A stretch of 32,000 bases of DNA from Acaryochloris marina MBIC11017 (GTDB lineage: Bacteria > Cyanobacteriota > Cyanobacteriia > Thermosynechococcales > Thermosynechococcaceae), in assembly GCF_000018105.1 (NCBI RefSeq), contig NC_009931.1, forward strand, positions 92,962 through 124,961. The letters run 5' to 3'. Of this stretch, positions 1 to 7,548 are shown piece after piece; position 1 is the first letter of the stretch; every line of letters begins with the position of its first letter. The position numbers and the translations under genes are program-made. The notes under the pieces were generated by a model. It searched no databases and had not been told where the DNA came from. It saw only the letters and a program-made list of their open reading frames with translations.

Positions 1-60
1 AAATCATAATGAGACACTCAGATACCAATAACGGCAAAGAAAATATGTAGGTTAAATTGT

Positions 61-68
61 GCGATCGC
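61..68. repeat. HIP1 octamer GCGATCGC (further exact copies at 4567-4574, 21871-21878, 22357-22364)
   Basis: Exact palindromic octamers read directly in the sequence. HIP1 is a hallmark repeat of many cyanobacterial genomes. Confidence 0.9.
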
Positions 69-85
69 TTGTCCAAATCAACTGA

Positions 86-394
86 TTGACGGGGAACTAT
101 CTGGCTATCAATAGACTCAACTTCACCAACGCAGATAATAGAAGGTTTCTAATGACTGATTTCAAGCATAGACCTACTAACTTAGGGCAGCACCTATGGA
201 GTCTAAGGAATTTAGCTGAACAGACCCACGCTGCTGCTCAAAGCGCTGAACTACACTCCCGTACTGTTGGACAAGCCAGTCTCTCCCAGAAATTACTGGA
301 TATCCAACGTCAATTATGTATCCTTCAACTAAGACTCAAAGATCCTGAAATTCAAGAGTGGACTGGAAAGCAAATGCAGCTACCATTCAGATAA
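86..394 (+). CDS. hypothetical protein (weak call; TTG start in the ORF track, alternative ATG at 152)
   Basis: Open frame only. No recognisable motif and no clear ribosome-binding site. Confidence 0.2.
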   Translation: MTGNYLAINRLNFTNADNRRFLMTDFKHRPTNLGQHLWSLRNLAEQTHAAAQSAELHSRTVGQASLSQKLLDIQRQLCILQLRLKDPEIQEWTGKQMQLPFR

Positions 395-426
395 AATGCT
401 CAACTCTCCCAGGTTCATACCTGTTC

Positions 427-650
427 TTAACAATGAAGCTCTCCCACCTTCAAGAGGATGGGAGTTTCTAATGCTAATCTAGAGCTACGCCAGTAGACCA
501 TAGATCACATAAAACAGGCCAGCTTCTAGCCTTACGCCTGGAACTTTTGCCAGAACGTAACTGACGGTCATTTCTGCCGATCAGCTTAAGAATGCCTCGA
601 GCTGCAATATTCCGAGACCCGTTAATGTCAGCATTTATAGGAAAGACCTT
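427..650 (-). pseudogene. 3'-terminal remnant of an IS200/IS605-family TnpB (OrfB) gene
   Basis: Minus-strand translation from 650 gives KVFPINADINGSRNIAARGILKL. This resembles the C-terminal RuvC-III region of TnpB (AD-x-N-[AG]-x-x-NI...RG). The rest needs a frameshift to stay open, ending ETPILLKVGELHC-stop at 429..427. An imperfect hairpin (ctcccacc / ggatgggag, 441..464) lies at the 3' end, as in many cyanobacterial tnpB ends. The N-terminal 300+ codons are absent. Confidence 0.45.
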
Positions 651-848
651 TTAACCCCAACACTCCGTTACCCGCTCCCACTCAAGCTCCGCCTGAACCC
701 TCTCCCAGATCCGCTTCATCGCCTTCTGTGGACGAAGCTTAATCACTTGTAAAATCTCAAAGTTCTCCTCAATTTCGACGGCGCACTCAAATCAACCCCC
801 CGGTGTAGCAAACGATTCCCTCACGAAAGGCTTCCCCGTTCTCTTCAC
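651..848 (-). pseudogene. decayed paralogous copy of the last ~65 codons of the 1802..2413 gene
   Basis: Minus-strand translation is LVKRTGKPFVRESFATPGG*FECAVEIEENFEILQVIKLRPQKAMKRIWERVQAELEWERVTECWG-stop. The intact gene reads TVAGTGKPFVRNTFATPEFCWECAVEIEENFEIGEVIELRPPETMERIGEMVGVWLERERVSRVWG-stop. The copy has one in-frame TGA and a stop (TAA) just upstream of the homologous part. It ends at TAA 653..651, immediately abutting the TnpB remnant. Confidence 0.65.
668..848. repeat. direct repeat copy 1 (partner 1819..2000), flanking the response-regulator gene
   Basis: Hand alignment of 668-848 with 1819-2000 matches at roughly three quarters of positions, in the same orientation. Long identical runs include ctcaaagttctcctcaatttc and ctcacgaaaggcttccccgt. 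Confidence 0.8.
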
Positions 849-915
849 CAAAACTATTATTGCCCTAAGTTATTCTTGGAGATGGTCAGCGTCTCTAACT
901 CGCTTCGACATCCAT

Positions 916-1659
916 CTAGTTAGGAGATTGTTCGCATTTCAGTGTATAACCTACCCCTCGAATCGTATGGATAAGTTCGGTTCCAACCTGATTGGCTTTG
1001 AGCTTATTCCGAAGACGAGACACATGGACATCAACTACTCGCGAGTCAACGATGCTCCCATTACTATATCCCCACACTTTCTCTAACAACTCTTGACGAG
1101 AAACTACTGCTCCAGGGGTACTTGCCAATAGTTCTAACAGACTAAACTCCATGTGGGTTAGGATGATACGTTCTTGACCTCTGAAGACCTTCCGCTTGTT
1201 GGTATCAATGTGGAGTGAACCGATGTTCAGCACTCCGGTCACTCGATAATTAAAAGGTTTTAGAGAACCCATTCGGCGTATGATGCATCGCACTCGAGAT
1301 TCTAGTTCCTTGGGTGAAAAGGGCTTGACCATGTAATCATCCGCACCCATTTCTAAGCCAGTAATCCGATCTCCTACCTCAGAAAGTGCCGTCAGCATAA
1401 TGATTGGAACCCTCGAGGTCTTACGGATGGCCCGACAGACACCATACCCATCCAGTCTGGGCATCATAACATCTAAAACAATCAAATCAGGGTGCTGACG
1501 ATCAAAGATTTCTAGTGCTTCTACGCCGTCAGCAGCAGTGAAGACGTGATAGCCCATCATGGATAGCCTAGTGTCTAAAATTCGTCGAATCGGCCCTTCA
1601 TCATCAACTACCAAGATAGAATGCTGCTTATTGCTCTGATTATTCATGAATTCAGGCAT
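916..1659 (-). CDS. OmpR-family two-component response regulator (RpaB/Ycf27-like)
   Basis: Receiver domain motifs ILVVDDE, DLIVLDVMMP (phospho-acceptor Asp) and GADDYMVKPFSPKEL. C-terminal winged-helix motifs VDVHVSRLRNKL and IHTIRGVGY. Strong resemblance to cyanobacterial RpaB. Confidence 0.92.
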   Translation of the reverse strand: MPEFMNNQSNKQHSILVVDDEGPIRRILDTRLSMMGYHVFTAADGVEALEIFDRQHPDLIVLDVMMPRLDGYGVCRAIRKTSRVPIIMLTALSEVGDRITGLEMGADDYMVKPFSPKELESRVRCIIRRMGSLKPFNYRVTGVLNIGSLHIDTNKRKVFRGQERIILTHMEFSLLELLASTPGAVVSRQELLEKVWGYSNGSIVDSRVVDVHVSRLRNKLKANQVGTELIHTIRGVGYTLKCEQSPN

Positions 1660-1801
1660 CTTTGGCTACGCTTTAGTTCAACGTAGCATTTATACCTAAG
1701 CAATAATGCTTAAGACGCTTGATAGAAATGATTCTTATGATTAGGTCATTTTCGAGGGAAATTGCCAAGTCTGCTGCTTCGGCATTTGCCCAAAACTCAA
1801 C

Positions 1802-2413
1802 TCATCCCCAAACCCTACTCACCCGCTCCCGCTCCAACCACACACCAACCATCTCCCCAATCCGCTCCATCGTCTCCGGTGGCCTCAGCTCAATCACTTC
1901 CCCAATCTCAAAGTTCTCCTCAATTTCAACCGCGCACTCCCAACAGAACTCCGGCGTAGCAAAAGTATTCCTCACGAAAGGCTTCCCCGTCCCTGCCACC
2001 GTAATCAAGCACTCCTCAGACTCATTCTTGGAAACAGCCAGATACTCCAGCTCCCCTCGCGTCCTGGTCTGCTCCACCAGATTCTTCTGCTTCAGCTCCA
2101 GATTCCTGAATCGCCTCTCCAGCTCTGCCGACACTCTAGGGGTTCTCAGTTGATTGACCTGGGGAGCTTCTGAGGATCGTGTCTTAGGAGTGAACTCAGG
2201 TTTGGTTGATTGAGAAGGACGCCTAGAACTCCGGCGTATTCCTCGCAGCTCCTCATGCCCTTGTTCTCGCTTGGCTGGCCGGGTTCCTTCCGGTGTTTTC
2301 TTAGGAAATGCTGTCCTACTCACCAGTTTGGGTGCGGAAGGGACGGACTTAGGTGGTTGTGGGATGGTCTTGGGTACGGGCTCGGGGTTGAGGGCGACGA
2401 TTGGGGGAGTCAT
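1802..2413 (-). CDS. hypothetical protein: Pro/Lys/Arg-rich disordered N-terminus plus conserved ~70-aa C-terminal domain
   Basis: 203-aa ORF. The minus frame is supported because the decayed paralog at 651-848 is conserved at the protein level in this frame and stops at the equivalent position. No family recognised. Confidence 0.6.
   Translation of the reverse strand: MTPPIVALNPEPVPKTIPQPPKSVPSAPKLVSRTAFPKKTPEGTRPAKREQGHEELRGIRRSSRRPSQSTKPEFTPKTRSSEAPQVNQLRTPRVSAELERRFRNLELKQKNLVEQTRTRGELEYLAVSKNESEECLITVAGTGKPFVRNTFATPEFCWECAVEIEENFEIGEVIELRPPETMERIGEMVGVWLERERVSRVWG
1819..2000. repeat. direct repeat copy 2 (partner 668..848)
   Basis: See the 668..848 entry. This copy lies inside the intact 1802..2413 CDS. 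Confidence 0.8.
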
Positions 2414-2440
2414 TGGGGAATCCTCAAATGCACTAAAGTC

Positions 2441-2719
2441 TCAATACTTGGATTGTTTCACAATTGGAAAAGTTTGAGGAGCAAACAGATAAACACCATT
2501 TCCTACTTCTGTATATTCACCACATAAAGAGTTAGTACAACCTGCAAGATAATTACTTATTCTCTGGGCCGATTTTGGAGATAGATTTTCTAAATTGACG
2601 AGTAGCAGTTGTCCGTTCTTCAGGCAATGTGCCGCTTCTTTAGCCTCCCTAAAAGAACTCGGATTCGACAAATATATTTCAGATGAAGATTGTCCTGGGA
2701 ATATGACTAAATTGTTCAC
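2441..2719 (-). CDS. SepF-family (DUF552) core-domain protein, 92 aa, lacking the N-terminal membrane helix and linker
   Basis: IYLSNPSSFREAKEAAHCLKNGQLLLVNLENLSPKSAQRISNYLAGCTNSLCGEYTEVGNGVYLFAPQTFPI aligns position for position with the B. subtilis SepF C-terminal domain ([67 protein letters not shown]). Confidence 0.75.
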   Translation of the reverse strand: MNNLVIFPGQSSSEIYLSNPSSFREAKEAAHCLKNGQLLLVNLENLSPKSAQRISNYLAGCTNSLCGEYTEVGNGVYLFAPQTFPIVKQSKY

Positions 2720-2831
2720 AGAATGATGCTATTACTTGCTCAGAGGTATGTCTTAATTCTTCCATGAAGGAATTTGCTTTTCTTTAATCGAAAAATAAGT
2801 TTAATGTTCACATCACTTCAAAATCGCATCC

Positions 2832-3305
2832 TTAGCCTTTAGAGGGTGAAATGTGACATAGACCTTCCTCTGGCCTCTTCAACAACATCTCCGCAGCCCC
2901 CATCTTAGCTTTCTTCTTCGATGCTCCCTCGCCTACTCCCTGTAATCCCATCGACTGCACTAAACAACGAAACCCTTCTGATATCTCTGAAAACTCGTAC
3001 CTGGGCAACGATATTTGCTGTTTCTGGCAAAGCTCTTGCAATTGTCCAATCGGATTCTTCACCTGTTCATCAACCTGGCTGATGGGCTGATCAGGGGAGG
3101 TCTCAGGTTGCTCGGCTTCTTCCTGGCGTGGATGTAAGATATGTACCTGCTGTTCGGCCTTGAGGATAGCTCGGTTCCTAGCCCGTTCAAGGAGCCTGAT
3201 CAAAGCATCTTCTGGATCAACATTGGGGTACAAATAGTCGAGAAATCCAAGCTGCTCTTCGGTTAGTCGAACGTTTAGGCTGAGGGAAGGTCGAGATTCA
3301 ATCAT
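2832..3305 (-). CDS. small protein with a C-terminal double-stranded-RNA-binding domain (DSRM) and an N-terminal helical, possibly RHH-like, region
   Basis: NPIGQLQELCQKQQISLPRYEF...GVGEGASKKKAKMGAAEMLLKR matches the DSRM consensus seen at the RNase III C-terminus (P-x-x-x-LQE...LP-x-Y...G-x-G-x-SKK-x-A-x-x-x-AA). The start is in a 4-nt ATGA overlap with the upstream gene stop (3302-3305). Confidence 0.75.
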   Translation of the reverse strand: MIESRPSLSLNVRLTEEQLGFLDYLYPNVDPEDALIRLLERARNRAILKAEQQVHILHPRQEEAEQPETSPDQPISQVDEQVKNPIGQLQELCQKQQISLPRYEFSEISEGFRCLVQSMGLQGVGEGASKKKAKMGAAEMLLKRPEEGLCHISPSKG

Positions 3306-4378
3306 ACCTGGAGAGTGGAAGATTCCAATTTAGAAAGGACTTGGTCGATGATGTCCTGATCTTTGATTTCTGGATCAGTGATTTCCTGGTCAGTGGATTC
3401 AGTAGCGTTACTCTTAGGCGTTGAACGTTCTCCAACAGCCACAACCTTGACGGTAACGCCATCTCTATGGCAGATGAACTCATAGAGCTTTCCATCCTTG
3501 AGCTTCTCCAGGCAGTCCTCACTCACGAGCGGGGAATGCTGGCGGATATGAATCTCTGGGTCGCGCTCCTGATCCCGCTGTATCAAAACCCTTTGCTTAT
3601 CTGCTCTCCATACTCCGATCAATACCCAGTTCTCTGTCTTTGCTGATGCCCGTTGCGAGGTACCTGTTAACTGCAAAGATGTAATCTGACCATTCATGAT
3701 ATTGGGATAACCAAACACCAAGACTGGTTTGTCTAAAACTGACTTGACTTTCTTAAAGCTCTTCTTCGATAGGAAGAGTTTGATGGGTTGTCCATCAACT
3801 TCCACAAAATACAGAGACTTTGTTCTCCCGGCTTCAAACTCCTTCTCTCGTACTCGAATAATTCCGGGAATACGACACCAAGCCCGATGAGTGCCATTTC
3901 CAGGGAGCAGTGGAGGTTTCTCGGAAAGTTCACCTGATTTTGACTTAGATGTTGTCTTTGCTTGTTTTTGATCTTTTGAATTTGAATTCTTTCTGTTAGG
4001 AGTGTCTACAGTCTTAACATGCAGCTTTTCCTGGGCTGGATTTGGGAGATTCTTGCTCTGAGAGATTACTTCAGGTTTTGGCTCTATTTTGTTGAGTGAA
4101 GGGGGTTTCAACGTTGTTCTTTGTTTTTGTGATGCCTTCTGCCTAGACTTCCTCTCTGATTTTTTGTGTGCAGCTTTCCGCTGAGCTATCTTGGAAGAAT
4201 TCGTATTAGTTGTCTTTATCTGGTCTATCTTAGATACCTCGATCTGGTCCTGGCCTATGTTGAGCTGGGCTTCAAGCTTTGCAATCGTACTCTTGAGTAG
4301 CTTGGCAGCAGTGGGGTTAATACAATCCTGAAGCTGCCTCTTAAGCTGGTTCAGCTTATCGATAGATGCAGAGGGCAT
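3302..4378 (-). CDS. hypothetical protein: N-terminal coiled coil, long Lys/Ser/Gln-rich low-complexity centre, globular C-terminal ~200 aa
   Basis: 358-aa ORF translationally coupled to the DSRM gene. No family recognised. Confidence 0.6.
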   Translation of the reverse strand: MPSASIDKLNQLKRQLQDCINPTAAKLLKSTIAKLEAQLNIGQDQIEVSKIDQIKTTNTNSSKIAQRKAAHKKSERKSRQKASQKQRTTLKPPSLNKIEPKPEVISQSKNLPNPAQEKLHVKTVDTPNRKNSNSKDQKQAKTTSKSKSGELSEKPPLLPGNGTHRAWCRIPGIIRVREKEFEAGRTKSLYFVEVDGQPIKLFLSKKSFKKVKSVLDKPVLVFGYPNIMNGQITSLQLTGTSQRASAKTENWVLIGVWRADKQRVLIQRDQERDPEIHIRQHSPLVSEDCLEKLKDGKLYEFICHRDGVTVKVVAVGERSTPKSNATESTDQEITDPEIKDQDIIDQVLSKLESSTLQV

Positions 4379-4500
4379 GGGAACCTCCCTGGGATCGGAC
4401 TTGCGGCCATTCTAGTGTAGAGAATTGGGATTTGGGGAAAGTAAAAGTTTTTTCCACAAATCATTACTGGGTCTTTAATCTAGGCTTAAGATCAGAAATT

Positions 4501-4815
4501 ATGAACACTTGTGCTTTACAAGGAATACTCCTAGAGAAATCCCTGCGATATACCCAGGAGAAACGTGCGATCGCGGAATTTGTCATTGAGATTAACCCTC
4601 TGAAGTAAGGAGACCCCAAGGAAAATCTCAAGGCCATCTATTGGGGAGAGAATGAGGAGAAAGCACACAATGCATTACAAGCTGGCGACCAACTCATTTT
4701 GCAAGGTCAACTGAGGATAAACAAGGTGACTCATAGGTTGGGCAATGAGGAATATGTGGATCAGCAAGCCAGTCTAATCGTTGATAAAATTAATCGAATC
4801 TACGATCCAGATTAA
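4501..4815 (+). pseudogene. cyanobacterial-type short SSB-like (OB-fold) gene interrupted by an in-frame TAA at 4606-4608
   Basis: MNTCALQGILLEKSLRYTQEKRAIAEFVIEINPLK-TAA-GDPKENLKAIYWGENEEKAHNALQAGDQLILQGQLRINKVTHRLGNEEYVDQQASLIVDKINRIYDPD-stop. Both halves are in the same frame (checked codon by codon). The layout is that of the ~100-aa cyanobacterial SSB-like proteins: MN-x-C-x-L...P-x-LRYT, then W G...GD-x-hh-h-x-G-x-L. Confidence 0.6.
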
Positions 4816-4844
4816 TCAGCAATCATCAAGGTTTCCACTCTGTT

Positions 4845-5234
4845 TTAAAAGCTAGAAAGTTCATAGTAAGACGCCTCTATGTGGTTCCCATCAAGGTCAT
4901 AGATTGAAGCACTATAAAATTCATGACCATATGTTGGTCGATACCCTGGTGAGTCGGATGCTTCAGCACCAACCTCAAGGCCAGTTTTATAAAATGCATC
5001 GACTGCTTCAAAGGAAGGTGCTGAAATGGAAATATATGTTTCCTTTCTAACCTCTGAATCTTGGCTTAAATCTGATCTTTGTGTAATCCAAAACTCTGGC
5101 CATGTTTCCCCATAACCAACGACTTGACCAGGGTCTTCATACAATCGGACATATCCCATGATCCCCAGAATCACATCATAAAATGATGTGGCTTGATCAA
5201 TGTCTGTCACTCCTACAGAAACATAGTTAAGCAT
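4845..5234 (-). CDS. VOC-family (glyoxalase/bleomycin-resistance/dioxygenase fold) protein
   Basis: 129 aa. N-terminal MLNYVSVGVTDIDQATSFYDVILG and C-terminal YSASIYDLDGNHIEA are typical VOC beta-alpha-beta-beta-beta module signatures. Confidence 0.75.
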   Translation of the reverse strand: MLNYVSVGVTDIDQATSFYDVILGIMGYVRLYEDPGQVVGYGETWPEFWITQRSDLSQDSEVRKETYISISAPSFEAVDAFYKTGLEVGAEASDSPGYRPTYGHEFYSASIYDLDGNHIEASYYELSSF

Positions 5235-5406
5235 TTCTGCAAAGCCTAAAAAAGATAGGTCTCTGTATTAAATTTTACCCAAAAAAAGACCTAATCCAAG
5301 CTAAGGGCTGGGTTCTTGGAGAACTCTAGAAATAATGCTACATAGTCAGAAGCAAGGCGGATGGTCAGCCTGGAAGATGGCTGGAGAGTAGGCATAATTT
5401 TAAGGA

Positions 5407-6750
5407 TCAATCCAAAATCATTTTGATGCCTTGCTTTGGGCGTAAAGTTATCGATGGTAATAGCTCAATGGACTGATCTGGAACAAGCTTAAAATGAAAC
5501 TGATTGGCAATCATTGCTAGGATCAGAGTTGCTTCCATCATCGAAAAGGCTTTTCCGATACAAACTCTTGGCCCCGCTCCAAATGGGAAATAAGTGCAGC
5601 GAGGTAACTTTTGCTCAAAATTATCCTGCCAGCGTTCGGGTAAAAACTTCTCTGGCTCTTCAAAGAAGCGAGGATCACGATGTACCACCCATTGGCTAAC
5701 AACAACACCAGCTCCCTTTTTTAGCCTATAGGGACCAATTTGACAGTCTTGAATGGCTTCACGAGTTAATATCCAGGCAGGTGAGTACAGCCGCATCGAC
5801 TCACGAATCACCTTCTGTGAGTAAGCTAATCGAGGAAGGAAGGTTATGTTGGGTATCTTTCCATCCAGTTCCGTTTGTGTTTCTTTGCGTAGCTGATTTG
5901 CAACTGTTGGATGTTGAGCCAATAGCATTATTGTCCAAGTTAGAGCATTGGCCGTAGTATCATGACCAGCCAACAACAGGGTCATGACCTCATCTCGTAA
6001 TTCTTCAAATGAAAGCTGATTACCGTCTTCGTCTTTTACAGAGAGAAGAGTAGACAACAAATCATCCTTAGGGGATTGATAGCGTTGTTCAATGATACTG
6101 ATAACAATCTTGTTGAGGTATTGAATAGCCCTATTTGCGCGGAGATTACTTTTAGTTGGCATCCAGTCTGGAAGCAAAAAGTTGGTCTGTGCCCTGTGAT
6201 AAATCTGGAGTGAGATTGCTTCAAGGGCATCCCCAATCTCTAGGGCAGTCTGAGTAACATCTATCCCAAAGAGCGCCTTGGCGATGACTTTAACTGTAAG
6301 CTGCCTCATCTCTTGATAGATATCAAGGATACCTCCTTTCTTCCAATGCTTAAGCAGATGGGAAGTTTCTTCCACGACTATCGAAGCATAGGCGGATATC
6401 CTCTCCTGGGAGAAAGCTGGTGTCATCAGTTGCCTATGTCGTCGCCATAACTCACCATCGCTGAGCACCAACCCATTCCCCAAAACCTTTGACAGAGAAC
6501 GATAGCTAACGTCTTTGATAAAGCTCTGATATTGCGTATTTAGTACTTCAGCAATCAAATCAGGATGATGAAAAAGAAAAATCTCAATTGAACCCAAGCT
6601 AAGAATTGCAGTGTCTCCATATTCCTGGGCCGATTTGGTTACAAACTCAATTGGATTTCTTGCAAATGTAAAGAGTTCCCTCAACGCTGCCAGTCCGCTG
6701 ATCCTATGGGCTTCATCATGAAGGGGTAGTTGGGAAGCGTTAGCTGTCAT
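5407..6750 (-). CDS. cytochrome P450 monooxygenase
   Basis: Heme-binding loop FPFGAGPRVCIGKAF, I-helix LLLAGHDTTANAL and K-helix ESMR. The 447-aa length is typical. Confidence 0.93.
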   Translation of the reverse strand: MTANASQLPLHDEAHRISGLAALRELFTFARNPIEFVTKSAQEYGDTAILSLGSIEIFLFHHPDLIAEVLNTQYQSFIKDVSYRSLSKVLGNGLVLSDGELWRRHRQLMTPAFSQERISAYASIVVEETSHLLKHWKKGGILDIYQEMRQLTVKVIAKALFGIDVTQTALEIGDALEAISLQIYHRAQTNFLLPDWMPTKSNLRANRAIQYLNKIVISIIEQRYQSPKDDLLSTLLSVKDEDGNQLSFEELRDEVMTLLLAGHDTTANALTWTIMLLAQHPTVANQLRKETQTELDGKIPNITFLPRLAYSQKVIRESMRLYSPAWILTREAIQDCQIGPYRLKKGAGVVVSQWVVHRDPRFFEEPEKFLPERWQDNFEQKLPRCTYFPFGAGPRVCIGKAFSMMEATLILAMIANQFHFKLVPDQSIELLPSITLRPKQGIKMILD

Positions 6751-7233
6751 GAATAATTTACTCCGTGACCTTCTGAATAAAGATGGCTAAACCTAATAAG
6801 TCTCATCCTATTAATTTGAACTAGGAAAAATAGAGCTGAGCTGGTTTATCACATGAATTCCAAGGCTATCAAGAGTTAGTGGTGACTGAAATTCTAGTCT
6901 CAATAAGCAGGGGTGAAAACTAATCTTAATATTATGCAGAAAAAATAAAAAATTCAAGGCTATACAGTTAAATTAGTCAGATCAACTCGGTTTTTTTGAA
7001 AATAACCATTACAAAAATCTAGCTAGTATGAGTGCAGCAATAATACAGACTATTAACCAGTTAGATCGAGGAGATTATGCCCATATCACTTGAACGAAGG
7101 CAACTTTGAATCTCTTTTCTGAGACCGTTGATTAGCTAGTAACAAATTTTAGGAAGTTACGGAGGATTTCATTTTCTGGTACTGCCTCAAAATCAAAGTC
7201 AGATCCAATTACCTTAGTCAAAAGCTCAAGCAC

Positions 7234-7524
7234 ATGATTGAGTCTTCAGTGGGAAAATATGGATGGTCGCTTTTCCCATTTAATCAACCCATTACGAATG
7301 CTTATCTTTTTGATGAAAGCAATACTATCCAAGGACCATCTAACTGCTCAGTAGCTAAACTAATTAGGAGTTTAGATTTTGATGGTAATAGCGTTGGAAA
7401 ATGCATACTCAGGGAAGAAACTTTGTGCGAAACCTATGTATGTAATATCACTGGACTAGTGAAAGCGCTTGATCACCTAGATATGCGGATAATTTCTAAT
7501 GTTGTTCAAACAGCCTATGGATAA
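7234..7524 (+). CDS. hypothetical small protein upstream of the TpsA-like gene (weak call)
   Basis: 96-aa ORF ending 24 nt before the TpsA start. No motif recognised. Confidence 0.25.
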   Translation: MIESSVGKYGWSLFPFNQPITNAYLFDESNTIQGPSNCSVAKLIRSLDFDGNSVGKCILREETLCETYVCNITGLVKALDHLDMRIISNVVQTAYG

Positions 7525-7548
7525 ACCACTTACTTTTTCTATTCAGAT

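Noticed and set aside
1719-2153. Plus-strand ORFs 1719..2153 (144 aa) and 1762..1959 (65 aa, Pro/Ser-rich) overlapping the 1802..2413 minus-strand gene
   Set aside because: They are low-complexity shadow frames. The decayed paralog at 651-848 is conserved at the protein level, with a matching stop position, only in the minus frame. That supports the minus-strand gene.
3298-3933. ORFs 3298..3522 and 3733..3933 on the minus strand
   Set aside because: They are alternative frames inside the 358-aa gene 3302..4378, which is the longest frame and is translationally coupled to the downstream DSRM gene.
4366-4608. 80-aa ORF as listed in the track
   Set aside because: Its first 45 codons overlap the start of the divergent 3302..4378 gene and the intergenic promoter region. 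Only the part from the ATG at 4501 resembles a protein (SSB-like N-terminus), so it is re-interpreted as the first half of an interrupted gene.
5240-5300. Possible minus-strand terminator between the P450 and VOC genes (aggtct ... agacct followed by T-run)
   Set aside because: The stem is only 6 bp with a loop of ~25 nt. That is too weak to call.
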